Below, piece after piece: positions 1 to 8,767 of a stretch of 35,031 bases of DNA. This DNA is from a virus (taxonomy: Duplodnaviria > Caudoviricetes): IMG/VR virus record IMGVR_UViG_3300033067_001100, positions 1 to 35,031 of that record, one strand, 5' to 3'. The notes below the pieces were generated by a model. That model saw only the letters and a list, made by a program, of their open reading frames with translations, did not search any database and was not told the origin of the DNA. The translations under genes and the position numbers were made by a program. Positions within the stretch are counted from its first letter, which is position 1. Every line of letters begins with the position of its first letter.

Positions 1-108
1 GGCGTTCATTTGGCGTTTTTCCAGGCAGTTGAAAGGGAGTAGGTGAAAGGCATTCCGCTGGTCAGGTAGTAGCGGGCGAGGCGGTAGGCAATGACGAGGC
101 GCATCACG
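1..108. repeat. Right part of 183-bp direct repeat copy 2 (34957-35031 + 1-108)
   Basis: Matches 34719-34826 with 4 mismatches. Confidence 0.95.
6..104 (-). CDS. Small hypothetical protein (32 aa), duplicate of 34724-34822
   Basis: MRLVIAYRLARYYLTSGMPFTYSLSTAWKNAK; its stop overlaps the next ATG (ATGA). Confidence 0.55.
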   Translation of the reverse strand: MRLVIAYRLARYYLTSGMPFTYSLSTAWKNAK

Positions 109-109
109 G

Positions 110-574
110 TCAGTCCTCCACGTCGGTGTTGATCCAGGCCCACTTGGTGGCCATGCGCTCCAGCAGGGCGCGGGCCTGGGCGGGGGCGTTGATCACATCG
201 GCGCTGAAGGCCACGTTGAGCAAAAGCTGCATCAGTTCGGCCATTGCCGGGCCGTCGCGGTAGTCGAGCGACTCTTCCAGCACCTCGGCCAGCACCTGCA
301 GGCGCTGGGGCATCGGTGCACCCAGGGGGCGCGGCTGGCGGCGCTCGGCGTCCCAGTCGTTGACCATGGGGGCGAACCAGGCCGTGGCATTGGCATCGCA
401 CTCGCGGCAGGCCTTGATGAAGGCCAGGGCCATGGCGGCTTCGGCGCGCTCTTGGGCAACGGCTGCGGCGTAGCGCGGCTCGTAGTGGGCGGCGGCGTCG
501 GCTACGGGGTCTAGGTGGGTGATGAACTCGGACACCTCGGTGGCAGCGGAGGCGGGGCGGTTTGCAGGGTGCAT
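110..574 (-). CDS. Hypothetical protein, first gene of the left early operon
   Basis: ATG at 574 preceded by AAGGAG; 154 aa. Confidence 0.7.
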   Translation of the reverse strand: MHPANRPASAATEVSEFITHLDPVADAAAHYEPRYAAAVAQERAEAAMALAFIKACRECDANATAWFAPMVNDWDAERRQPRPLGAPMPQRLQVLAEVLEESLDYRDGPAMAELMQLLLNVAFSADVINAPAQARALLERMATKWAWINTDVED

Positions 575-757
575 GGTTGACTCCTTGTAGATTGGGAAAT
601 GCACTCGCTGGAATGCACTTTTCAATCCGTCACCATCGCCAGGGTAATCCGTCTGTCTCCAGACCTGTTCCATGTTTCAACCCGTGGAAGGTTCATGCGG
701 CGGGGCTTGCCCTTTGCTTTGCAGTGATCTGCTGGCGCTTTGTTTTGCGTTGAATGA

Positions 758-817
758 ATTATACGATAGAAAAACTATCAACGCAAGAAAAACTATCACA
801 AGGATAGAAAATAAATC
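758..817 (-). promoter_or_regulatory. PL-like promoter with OL-like operators
   Basis: Minus strand TTGCGT-17 nt-TATAAT (786-758). Palindrome GATAGAAAAACTATC at 765-779, with variants at 783-797 and 803-817. Confidence 0.75.
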
Positions 818-848
818 TGACCACCCGGTCAGTAGTGACTGAGCAGGC

Positions 849-874
849 GAAAAAAAACCACCTCGAAGGGTGGC
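849..874 (-). terminator. Rho-independent terminator (leftward)
   Basis: Minus strand GCCACCCTTCGAGGTGG followed by a T run. Confidence 0.65.
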
Positions 875-889
875 ATGGGCAAGAAAAAA

Positions 890-914
890 CGGGTATCCGT
901 AATCCGTTGTTGAT
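890..914. repeat. Left 25-bp inverted repeat
   Basis: CGGGTATCCGTAATCCGTTGTTGAT; 24/25 match to the reverse complement of 1591-1615. Confidence 0.9.
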
Positions 915-932
915 TTGATTGAAAAATATCTC

Positions 933-960
933 TTGTATGTATGTGCAATGCGCGTATAAT
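933..960 (+). promoter_or_regulatory. Sigma70-like promoter of the IR-flanked cassette
   Basis: TTGTAT-16 nt-TATAAT. Confidence 0.55.
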
Positions 961-997
961 TCAACCCATGGACAACAGACACACATTGGGGGACAAA

Positions 998-1159
998 ATG
1001 CACAAGAAGATTAAGCCCGGTATCACAATCGACACCCATGTCCCTGCTTACGGCTTCGCCATGGGGGAAACAATCTACACGGTGTGCGATGCTATCGGCG
1101 TCATCTTCACCACTACCAACCCGGCAAAGCTGGAACGTTTTTATTTGGAGGCCGCATGA
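998..1159 (+). CDS. Small hypothetical protein (53 aa)
   Basis: GGGGA RBS; ATGA coupling to the next ORF. Confidence 0.55.
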   Translation: MHKKIKPGITIDTHVPAYGFAMGETIYTVCDAIGVIFTTTNPAKLERFYLEAA

Positions 1160-1362
1160 GCGGAGTTACACAAGAGCGCAGCCAGGCGCTTTTGCAGTCG
1201 GCAAAACACTGGCGAGAATACGCTGCAACTTGCTCTCAAGGCATCGGTAGCAGAGCGGCAATCAGCGCAGCGGTTTCGCTGGAGAGGCAAGTCGAGGATG
1301 GAGTTGTACGTTGCGCCTGTTGTCAAAAGCAGATTGGGCAACACACCGGAATCGTCCGCTGA
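1156..1362 (+). CDS. Small hypothetical protein with a C-terminal Cys cluster (68 aa)
   Basis: GGAGG RBS; CACCQK motif. Confidence 0.55.
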   Translation: MSGVTQERSQALLQSAKHWREYAATCSQGIGSRAAISAAVSLERQVEDGVVRCACCQKQIGQHTGIVR

Positions 1363-1370
1363 CGCAAGCC

Positions 1371-1583
1371 ATGATCCCTACGCCAGAGCAAGTAAAGCAA
1401 GTCAGGGAAGCCGTGCAATTAAGTAGATCAATAGGCATCACAGCGGCACAGGACTGGTGCGCTGGCGCTTTACACACATCACGCCGCAGTTTTCAGCAAT
1501 GGGAGACTGGTGCGAGATCTATGCATCCGGCTTTCTGGGAGCTTTTGAAAATCAAAACCGCGCTCATTGCGCATAAATCATAG
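1371..1583 (+). CDS. XRE-like helix-turn-helix protein
   Basis: PTPEQVKQVRE...SRRSFQQWETGARSMHPAFWELL. Confidence 0.75.
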   Translation: MIPTPEQVKQVREAVQLSRSIGITAAQDWCAGALHTSRRSFQQWETGARSMHPAFWELLKIKTALIAHKS

Positions 1584-1590
1584 ATGCCGT

Positions 1591-1615
1591 ATCAACAACG
1601 GATTACGGATGCCCG
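1591..1615. repeat. Right 25-bp inverted repeat
   Basis: ATCAACAACGGATTACGGATGCCCG. Confidence 0.9.
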
Positions 1616-1640
1616 AAAAAACCCGCCTGGGCGGGTTTGT
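1616..1640. terminator. Probable bidirectional terminator
   Basis: AAAAAACCCGCC-TG-GGCGGGTTTGT hairpin between convergent genes. Confidence 0.7.
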
Positions 1641-1660
1641 TGGTGGTGGGACATATTGGG

Positions 1661-1783
1661 CTAGTCGTCGAAGGCCAGTGGCAACTGATCTCCTTTAACT
1701 GGGAATGACCTGTCAAGCATCTGCTTAAATTGATCCCAATCGTCGGCAGCACGCATCAGGCCAGTGACTGCATGGATCTGTTG
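1661..1783 (-). pseudogene. Orphan C-terminal remnant resembling a P63C-domain protein
   Basis: Frame QQIHAVTGLMRAADDWDQFKQMLDRSFPVKGDQLPLAFDD* with no proper start; family recognised from memory of P63C C-termini. Confidence 0.55.
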
Positions 1784-1911
1784 GGAGCAGTTCCTCCTTC
1801 TTTCTCCCACTGCTGAACTGCGCCACGACTCACACCTACACGGTCAGCGAACTGCTGTTCTGTTAGGCCCAGCTTGAGCCGTCCATCTCTTATGCGCGTG
1901 TGAACAGTCAT
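1756..1911 (-). pseudogene. cI: Truncated CI-like repressor (HTH only, 51 aa)
   Basis: MTVHTRIRDGRLKLGLTEQQFADRVGVSRGAVQQWEKEGGTAPNR; divergent from cro; no S24 peptidase domain follows. Confidence 0.75.
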
Positions 1912-1926
1912 TTTTCACATCCTATA

Positions 1927-1965
1927 GATAGATAATCTTGCATAGATAGAAAAACTAGCTAGAAT
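1927..1965 (+). promoter_or_regulatory. PR-like promoter with OR-like operators
   Basis: TTGCAT-16 nt-TAGAAT. GATAGATAATCTTGC (1927-1941) and GATAGAAAAACTAGC (1945-1959) match the OL motif. Confidence 0.75.
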
Positions 1966-1972
1966 GGCCGGC

Positions 1973-2230
1973 ATGAATGAATCATGCGAAAAGCCAATTG
2001 ACACCGCCATTCGGGCGCTGGGTGGTGTTGCAGCTTCTGTTCGGGCTCTTGGGCTGAATGGTCACGCGACCATTTACCAGTGGCGAAAAACGCAAGTCCC
2101 TGCGGAACGATGCCCATCCATTGAGGAAGCCACAGGCGGTGCAGTGCGCTGCGAAGACCTGCGTCCCGATGTTCGATGGGATGTTTTGCGTGGGAAGCCA
2201 GCCCCCACCCCCTCCGATCAGGGGTCGTGA
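1973..2230 (+). CDS. cro: Cro/YdaS-like regulator
   Basis: HTH plus VPAERCPSIEEATGGAVRCEDLRPDV motif; position divergent from cI. Confidence 0.85.
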   Translation: MNESCEKPIDTAIRALGGVAASVRALGLNGHATIYQWRKTQVPAERCPSIEEATGGAVRCEDLRPDVRWDVLRGKPAPTPSDQGS

Positions 2231-2508
2231 TGTCAGAACGGCAAATCGCCCTCCGGCACCGGTTTGGGAGCAAACGCCGCCTCCAGCGCCAGCTCCACCG
2301 TCTCGCCACCACTGTAGGGCGAGGCACTGAATTTCGCCGTGCCGATGCCATGGCGCAGCTCCTGGCCGAGGCCAAGGGGATTGATAAGTCCCGGCTGCTT
2401 GGCAACTTGCTGGAGAAAACGCTCTTGGGTGAGGGGCATGCCTTAAAGGTAGCAGCGATGCGCCTGGCCCGCGTGGGAATCGTGGGGATTGATAGGAGGG
2501 GCGAATGA
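2230..2508 (+). CDS. Hypothetical protein at the CII position
   Basis: Coupled to the cro stop and to the next ORF; start uncertain. Confidence 0.5.
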   Translation: MSERQIALRHRFGSKRRLQRQLHRLATTVGRGTEFRRADAMAQLLAEAKGIDKSRLLGNLLEKTLLGEGHALKVAAMRLARVGIVGIDRRGE

Positions 2509-2795
2509 AAACAGCAGTTACCTGCACCAGCCTGCGCAGCTACGACGCGCTGAAGGCCAGCGGCTTCAAAGGACAGCATGCGGCCATCGTGAGCCACATG
2601 GAGCGCGGGCAGATTTACAGCCGCCGACAACTTGCCAGCATGACCGGGCTCGAGACCAGCTCCATAGCGGGACGCTGCAACGAGCTCATCGAGGAAGGTT
2701 TGCTGGTGGTGTGCGGAACGATGCGCTGCCCGATCACTGGCCGAAATGTCGAAGCGGTCAAGTTGGCGGAACGCCAGATGGAGCTTTTGAGTTGA
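2505..2795 (+). CDS. Winged-helix-like phage protein
   Basis: YSRRQLASMTGLETSSIAGRCNELIEEG. Confidence 0.7.
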   Translation: MKTAVTCTSLRSYDALKASGFKGQHAAIVSHMERGQIYSRRQLASMTGLETSSIAGRCNELIEEGLLVVCGTMRCPITGRNVEAVKLAERQMELLS

Positions 2796-3679
2796 CCACA
2801 AAACCAATCCCTTACCCAGCCGACACCAAGGCCAAAGGCTGGCGTTTCGAGCTTGACCTGGAGCGAGTCATGCAGTCTGACACCTGGGCGCTTGCCACGC
2901 CTGATTTGCGGCCTTGGCTGCTGATGCTCTGGACAACTGCATGGCAGCAGCAGCCCTGCGGCTCTATGCCTGCCGACGAGACATTGATGGCGGCCAGGCT
3001 CGGCATGGCATCCAAGGCCTTCGCCAAAGCCAAGTCGATTCTTCTGCGCGGCTGGTGGCTGGCAGAAGACGGGCGCATGTACCACGACACCATTGTGGAG
3101 CGCGTGCAGGAAATGCTCGATTACAAGGCCAAGGAAAAGCAGCGGAAGGCCGACTACCGGGCAAGGATGGCCGGAAATGTCCCACGGGACAACAACGGGA
3201 CAGACGCAGGACAGACGCAGGACTCCGGTGGTAGTGACGCTACCGGAACCGGAACCGGAACCGGAACCGGAACCAGTATTAACAACAACAGCAACAGCGC
3301 GCGTGAAAATTTTTCGATGACCTCCGGCTGGCAGCCGTCAGAGAACTTTCAGACCATCGCGCACCTGGCTGGGGCCCCCATCCCGAAACCGGAAGACGTT
3401 GGCGAGTTCGTTTCGTACTGGCTCGGCAATCCGGCCATGCAGCGAACGCAGCACGAGTGGGAGCATGCCCTGGCCAAGTCGCTGAAAAAGACCAGCGCAA
3501 GGGCGGCCACGGCGTCAAAAAAGGCCGCTCCTGCCAAAACTTTTGCTGAACGCGATCGCGAGGCAGGCATGCTCCGGTGGGAGCAGATGACCGGGCAGAT
3601 CCACCCCGACAACATCCCGAACGCGCCGGCATCGGTCGAGCTCGTCGCAACCACCCAAACCCTGCTGGAGGCCCGATGA
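2792..3679 (+). CDS. Replication initiator (O-like; DUF1376/YdaU-like N-terminus, DnaT-like C-terminal region)
   Basis: TTG start overlapping the upstream stop; LLMLWTTAWQQQPCGSMPAD; EFVSYW...QHEWEHAL; synteny. Confidence 0.75.
   Translation: MTTKPIPYPADTKAKGWRFELDLERVMQSDTWALATPDLRPWLLMLWTTAWQQQPCGSMPADETLMAARLGMASKAFAKAKSILLRGWWLAEDGRMYHDTIVERVQEMLDYKAKEKQRKADYRARMAGNVPRDNNGTDAGQTQDSGGSDATGTGTGTGTGTSINNNSNSARENFSMTSGWQPSENFQTIAHLAGAPIPKPEDVGEFVSYWLGNPAMQRTQHEWEHALAKSLKKTSARAATASKKAAPAKTFAERDREAGMLRWEQMTGQIHPDNIPNAPASVELVATTQTLLEAR
3179..3227. repeat. Candidate replication-origin iterons inside the initiator gene
   Basis: Palindrome GTCCCACGGGAC and four GGAC units at 11-bp period (GGGACAACAAC, GGGACAGACGC, AGGACAGACGC, AGGACTC). 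Confidence 0.5.
3242..3274 (+). repeat. (ACCGGA)5 tandem repeat encoding a Thr-Gly linker
   Basis: Read directly; in frame. Confidence 0.9.
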
Positions 3680-4128
3680 GCACCGAAGCCGTCGATTACG
3701 TTTTTCGCACCCTCGCGGCCACCTACGGCGCCGAGTGGGACCGCAGCCTGGGCACCGCGCCCATCGGCGATGTGAAGTCGGTCTGGGCCGACGCGCTGGA
3801 CGGCTACACCCACAGCGATTCGGCCAAGCGCGCCATCCTGTGGGCTCTCAAAAATCTGCCCGAGCGTGCCCCCAACGTGCGCCAGTTCGTGGCGCTTTGC
3901 AGGCTGGCGCCGTCGCCCGATCTGCCGCGCCTGCCCGAGCCCAAGGCCGACCCGGAGCGCGTGAAGACCGAGCTGGCGAAGCTAGGCGACCTGCGCAAGG
4001 TGGCCACCGTGAGCGCGCACGACCCCAAGGCCTGGGCCCGGCGCATCCTCGACCGCCACAGCCACGGCACCATGATCAATCGCTCGACGCTGCAGATGGC
4101 CCGGGATGCGCTTGGGGTGGCGGTTTGA
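3676..4128 (+). CDS. Replication protein P-like (helicase-loader position)
   Basis: VFRTLAATYGAEW...PERAPNVRQFVALCR; follows the initiator. Confidence 0.65.
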   Translation: MSTEAVDYVFRTLAATYGAEWDRSLGTAPIGDVKSVWADALDGYTHSDSAKRAILWALKNLPERAPNVRQFVALCRLAPSPDLPRLPEPKADPERVKTELAKLGDLRKVATVSAHDPKAWARRILDRHSHGTMINRSTLQMARDALGVAV

Positions 4129-4388
4129 CATGCGACGCCTGCAAATCCTTCAGCGCACAGCCGCTCAGTGGGGCCTATCGGTTGACGTGCCTGCCATGCT
4201 GCGCTCGCCTCGTCCTTTCCACCCATCCCGACAAGCAGCAGGCCGGCATCATGCTGGCGGCCATCGAGCGTCAGCCCGAAGCGCCCACGCGCGCGCAGGT
4301 GTTGGCGCTGGTGTCGCAGACGTTGGCGCTTTGGCCGAAAGCGACGATAACGCCCACAGCCGGGCCACAGGGGGCCAAGCGTGATTGA
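4125..4388 (+). CDS. Hypothetical Cys-rich phage protein
   Basis: TTG start; CDAC...CLPCCARLV. Confidence 0.55.
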   Translation: MTCDACKSFSAQPLSGAYRLTCLPCCARLVLSTHPDKQQAGIMLAAIERQPEAPTRAQVLALVSQTLALWPKATITPTAGPQGAKRD

Positions 4389-4743
4389 GGTGGTACTACC
4401 GTGGCCTCCCCGGGGGTTGAGTCCCAATGCCCGCCAGCATTGGGCCGCACTGGCCAAGGCCAAGAAGTCCTACCGCGCGCGCTGTGCACTGCAAGCGCGG
4501 GCGCAGGGTTTGGTGCGCGTGTCTGACGGTGCACACGCCCACGCGCTGATTGCGCTGACGTTTAGCCCGCCAGACCGCCGTGCGCGGGATCTGGACAACG
4601 TGCTGGCGTCGCTGAAGTCGGGTCTGGATGGCCTGGTGGATGTGCTGGGGGTGGACGATGCACGCTGGGCGCTGTCGATTCAGTGGGGCGCGCCGGTGAA
4701 GGGTGGTGCCGTGCGCGTGGTGGTGGAGGTGATGGGATGCTGA
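4381..4743 (+). CDS. rusA: RusA-like Holliday junction resolvase
   Basis: LPWPP...PPDRRARDLDNVLASLKSGLDGL...DD. Confidence 0.85.
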   Translation: MIEVVLPWPPRGLSPNARQHWAALAKAKKSYRARCALQARAQGLVRVSDGAHAHALIALTFSPPDRRARDLDNVLASLKSGLDGLVDVLGVDDARWALSIQWGAPVKGGAVRVVVEVMGC

Positions 4744-5168
4744 CACCCAAGCAGGCGAGGTTTGTGGAGGAGTACCTGATCGATCTGAATGCCACACAGG
4801 CGGCTATTCGGGCGGGGTACAGCATAAGAACAGCTGAGCAGTTAGGATTTCAGTTGCTTCAAAAAACTTCAGTCAAGGAGCAAATCCAGGCCGCCATGGA
4901 CAAACGCTCCGCAGTGGTTGGCCTGACCGCTGCCGATGTGCTTAGAGACATTGATCTTGTAAAGGCTGATGCCATGCGCAAAACGTACGACAAGGAGGGG
5001 AACGAGGTGATGGCCAATCACGCCGCTGCCTTGAAAGCCCTGGAGCTACAGGGAAAGCACCTGAAGATGTTCACCGATAAGGTGGAGCAGTCCGGCCCCA
5101 ATGGCGGGCCCATCGATTCCAAGTTGACGATTGAGTACGTTCGTCCGAACGCGGTGGGCAGCCAATGA
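4737..5168 (+). CDS. terS: Terminase small subunit
   Basis: LTPKQARFVEEYLIDLNATQAAIRAGYS. Confidence 0.92.
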   Translation: MLTPKQARFVEEYLIDLNATQAAIRAGYSIRTAEQLGFQLLQKTSVKEQIQAAMDKRSAVVGLTAADVLRDIDLVKADAMRKTYDKEGNEVMANHAAALKALELQGKHLKMFTDKVEQSGPNGGPIDSKLTIEYVRPNAVGSQ

Positions 5169-6418
5169 AGGTGCAATTGCCGGAGTGGGCAGACAAGCTC
5201 AACGACCCAGCCCGCTACAAAGTCATGTACGGCGGGCGTGGGGGCGGCAAGTCCTGGACGATTGCCCGTGTACTGCTGTTGGATGGCCTGCAAAACCCCG
5301 GGCGTATTCTGTGTGCGCGTGAAACCATGAAATCCATGTCGGATTCGGTGCATGAGGTGCTGAGCAAGCAGATCGAGGCCATGAACCTGGGCGGGCGCTA
5401 CCAGGTCATGGCGAACGAAATACGCGGCATTGGCTTTGATACCCAGTTTGGCTATGCCGGTCTGCGCACGCAGGGCATCACCAATATCAAGAGCTGGGAA
5501 GGCGCCCGCCGTTGCTGGGTGGAAGAGGCCCAGGTGGTGTCGAAGAAGTCGTGGGAGGTGCTGACGCCCACCATTCGGGCGCCGGGTTCCGAGATTTGGA
5601 TGGGCCTGAATCCCGAACTGGATACCGACTACACCTACACCGAGTTCGTGCTTAACCCGCAGCCCGACAGTATCGTCATTCCGGTGAACTGGCGGGATAA
5701 CCCATGGCTTCCCGCTGAGTTGGAAAAAGAGCGATTGGTGAAGATGGAGCGAGACCCCGAGGGTTATAAAACCATCTGGGAAGGCCATTGCCGTGCCGCA
5801 GTGGAGGGCGCAATCTACGCTCAGGAGATTGACGCCATGCAGCGCACCGGGCGCTTGTGCCGGGTTCCATACGACCCGCTGCTGCCGGTGCACACGATCT
5901 GGGACTTGGGGTGGAATGACCTGATGGCGATCATTCTGGTTCAGCGCGTTGCTTCAGAGCTGCGGGTTATCGGCGTGATCATGGACAACCTGCGCACGCT
6001 GGACAGCTACGTCAGCGAACTGGAGGCGCTGAAGTACCGGTGGGGCACGGACTGGATACCGCATGACGGCCGGGCCAAGAACACCCACACCGGCAAGAGC
6101 ACCGAAGAAATGCTCAAGGCCATGAAGCGCCGTGTGCAGATCGTTCCGCAGATTGGCATTGAGGATGGTATCAAGGCGGCGCGGATGATGTTCCCCAGGG
6201 TAGTCATGGACAAGGGTGCGTCAGAGCTGCTGAACAGCCTGAAGCGGTACAAGCGGGTGCAGCACAGCAATGGAACCTTTGGTGCCCCCATGCACGACGA
6301 CGCAAGCCATGGCGCCGATGCCTGGAGGTATCTGGCCGTGGTAGCCGACAAGCTGAGCAACGGTCAGCAAGGCACCTACGACTTCACCCAGTCTGCAGCG
6401 CAGGGAAGTGCTATTTAA
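5165..6418 (+). CDS. terL: Terminase large subunit (PBSX-type)
   Basis: Walker A GGRGGGKS; Walker B WVEEAQ; nuclease motifs WDLG and HGADAWRY. Confidence 0.95.
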   Translation: MKVQLPEWADKLNDPARYKVMYGGRGGGKSWTIARVLLLDGLQNPGRILCARETMKSMSDSVHEVLSKQIEAMNLGGRYQVMANEIRGIGFDTQFGYAGLRTQGITNIKSWEGARRCWVEEAQVVSKKSWEVLTPTIRAPGSEIWMGLNPELDTDYTYTEFVLNPQPDSIVIPVNWRDNPWLPAELEKERLVKMERDPEGYKTIWEGHCRAAVEGAIYAQEIDAMQRTGRLCRVPYDPLLPVHTIWDLGWNDLMAIILVQRVASELRVIGVIMDNLRTLDSYVSELEALKYRWGTDWIPHDGRAKNTHTGKSTEEMLKAMKRRVQIVPQIGIEDGIKAARMMFPRVVMDKGASELLNSLKRYKRVQHSNGTFGAPMHDDASHGADAWRYLAVVADKLSNGQQGTYDFTQSAAQGSAI

Positions 6419-6419
6419 A

Positions 6420-6448
6420 TTGACAGTGCGATAGTTTTATGCTATCGT
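6420..6448 (+). promoter_or_regulatory. Candidate promoter upstream of the portal gene with an operator-like palindrome
   Basis: TTGACA-17 nt-TATCGT, overlapping CGATAG-N7-CTATCG. Confidence 0.45.
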
Positions 6449-6504
6449 GCGATCCATCTTCGCACCGTTGGGAAACGTCCGATGTACTTATTTCAGGAAC
6501 AGCC

Positions 6505-8685
6505 GTGGCTGACGTTCTAAAGGACGCACAACGGCTCTATCAAGACTCACTCGAAGCCACGCGTGACCAGCGCCTGCAAGTCGAGGAGGATTTGAAATTC
6601 TCCGACCCCTCCAATCCCCAGCAGTGGGACGAGGCGGTCAGGCGGCAACGTGAAAACGACCCGGGCGGAAAACGTCCTTGCCTGGTGCTGGATCAAACCG
6701 GCCAGTACGTTGCCAATGTGGCAGGCCAGGTCGAGAAGCAGCCTCCCGCAATCCATGCCATCCCTGTTGGTGGCGGTGCTGACAAGCAAGCTGCAGAGCA
6801 GATTGACGGGCGTTTTCGGCACATCGAGCACGCATCCTGCGCCATCCAGCACTACGCCCGCGCCCTGACCAGCGCAGCCCGTACCGGTGTTGGCTATCTC
6901 ACGGTGCGCCCGGTGTATGTAGATCGTTCACTTGGATGGCAAGAGCCGCGCATCGGCAGCGAGCCCGATCCGCTGAAAGTGGTGTTCGACCCATGGAGCA
7001 CAGAGACCGACGGCAGCGATGCCACGGACGGATTTGTGCTGACCAGTATGTCCATTGCCATGTTCCAGGCCAAGTGGAAGGGCCAGGAGGCAGTGGACTT
7101 CGGAGACCCGGAGTACAGCCGCCGCGACAATAACCGCAAGTCGGTGCTGATCGCGGAGCACTGGTGCAAAGAGGCCAAGAGTCGCAACGTGATCGTGTAC
7201 TTCGATGTGAATGGCCAGGAGGTATCAAGCAGCGAAGATGAGTACCACGAGGCCTGTATGGCAGCTGGTGTGCAGTTGCCATATATTCGCAACTACACCG
7301 ACAAGTTCGACTATGTTCGGTGGAGCCGCATGTCGGGCGCGGACATTCTGGAGGAATCGGAATACCCGGCTGACTCCATTGGCATCATCCCGGTTTATGG
7401 CTATGTCGGCTTCACCGATGGCCGCATGACCTACTGCGGCATTCCCCGCCGCGCGCGCTCAGCACAGCAGGCCTACAACTACCACAAGAGCGAATTGCTG
7501 ATGCCCGGTGCGCAGCTGCTGGCCTCCAAGCGTGCGTTGGCCGGTGTGGAGAAGATCTGGGATCGCAACCAGGTAGAGCGCAGGGCGTACATGCCCTACA
7601 ACGACTATGACGACTCCGGGGCCATCTCCGCGCCCTCGATGATCAAGGTGGGCTCGTCGCTGGTTGACCATGTGGGCGGGGCTGATAGTGCGCTGCGCGA
7701 CATTCAGGCCAGCATTGGCATGTATCAGGCCAATCTTGGAGCACCAAGCAACGAATCCAGCGGCGTGGCGATTGAGTCGCGCAAGCAGCAGGGCGAGGCC
7801 AGTACCGCACATTTCCCATCGCACCTGTCGGCCAGCTTGGGGCAAGTCGGAAAGATCGTGATGCAGATGGATGCGCGCCTGGCAGACACCCAGCGCGAGC
7901 AGCCCATCATCGGCGTGGACGGAACGGCAGGCAAGATCGAAGTCAACCCCGAACAGGAAACCAGCTTCGAGCGCCAGCCTGGTGGCGGCGTTTCCATCAA
8001 CCCCAGCGTTGGCAAATACGGTGTGCGCGTGGTGGTGGGCGCCAGTTACAGCACACAGCGCAGCCAGACCAATGCAGCCTTTGGCGAGATCATGCGCGGA
8101 AATCCCGAGTTGGCCCCCACGGTAGCGCCGTTCTGGGCACAGACGCTGGACTTCCCGGGTTCTGACAAATTCGCCCAGGCCATGGCCGCCATGGCCCCGC
8201 CTCCGGTAAAGGCCATCATCCAGCCAGAGGGGCAAAACGATGCCCCCGATCCGGCCAAGCTGGCCCAACAAATGCAGAAAATGCAGCAAGTGCTGGAGCA
8301 GACCCAGCAAGCCCTGCAAGAAGCCATCCAGCACGCCAAGGATGCGCAGGAAGACGCCGACATGGCGATTGCAGAGGTGGCAGATTCCAAGCGCATGGCA
8401 GAGGTGCGTGAGCGCGAATTGGACATTCAGGCTTACAACGCAGAAACCAACCGGCTGAAGGTGACGGGTGCCAATGTGGACCAGATCGAGGCGGTTACCC
8501 GGGGCCTGATTGAACAGATGCTGAACAACCCAGATCCATTGCCAGGCGAAGAGGGAAGCACGGAGCACATGGGTGAATCTGCAGAACCTGATGAGGCCGG
8601 CGAAGTGGGTGAAGTTGCGCCGACAGAACTAATTGGCACTGAAGGAATGGATCAATTGGCTGCTGGGGAAGAGCAGCCGGAATAG
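6505..8685 (+). CDS. Portal protein (P22 gp1-like)
   Basis: GTG start after AGGA; ~726 aa; RPCLVLD, IPVYG, SGVAIESRKQQG; coiled-coil C-terminus. Confidence 0.9.
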   Translation: MADVLKDAQRLYQDSLEATRDQRLQVEEDLKFSDPSNPQQWDEAVRRQRENDPGGKRPCLVLDQTGQYVANVAGQVEKQPPAIHAIPVGGGADKQAAEQIDGRFRHIEHASCAIQHYARALTSAARTGVGYLTVRPVYVDRSLGWQEPRIGSEPDPLKVVFDPWSTETDGSDATDGFVLTSMSIAMFQAKWKGQEAVDFGDPEYSRRDNNRKSVLIAEHWCKEAKSRNVIVYFDVNGQEVSSSEDEYHEACMAAGVQLPYIRNYTDKFDYVRWSRMSGADILEESEYPADSIGIIPVYGYVGFTDGRMTYCGIPRRARSAQQAYNYHKSELLMPGAQLLASKRALAGVEKIWDRNQVERRAYMPYNDYDDSGAISAPSMIKVGSSLVDHVGGADSALRDIQASIGMYQANLGAPSNESSGVAIESRKQQGEASTAHFPSHLSASLGQVGKIVMQMDARLADTQREQPIIGVDGTAGKIEVNPEQETSFERQPGGGVSINPSVGKYGVRVVVGASYSTQRSQTNAAFGEIMRGNPELAPTVAPFWAQTLDFPGSDKFAQAMAAMAPPPVKAIIQPEGQNDAPDPAKLAQQMQKMQQVLEQTQQALQEAIQHAKDAQEDADMAIAEVADSKRMAEVRERELDIQAYNAETNRLKVTGANVDQIEAVTRGLIEQMLNNPDPLPGEEGSTEHMGESAEPDEAGEVGEVAPTELIGTEGMDQLAAGEEQPE

Positions 8686-8767
8686 TCGCCGTTCACCCGG
8701 CATTGAGCGTCCGCTGAGAAGCGCCGCACCTGAACCCCTGGTGACTTGAGGGGAGGGTCTGAATGGA

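Noticed and set aside
593-625. Imperfect hairpin in the PL leader as an ncRNA or nut site
   Set aside because: No recognisable boxA/boxB or RNA family; evidence too weak.
3242-3274. (ACCGGA)5 as a phase-variation tract
   Set aside because: A unit of 6 keeps the frame, and Thr-Gly linkers are common in these initiators.
3281-3298. AACAACAACAGCAAC run as a possible DGR template repeat
   Set aside because: It lies inside the replication gene and its flanks do not match the VR invariant sequence.
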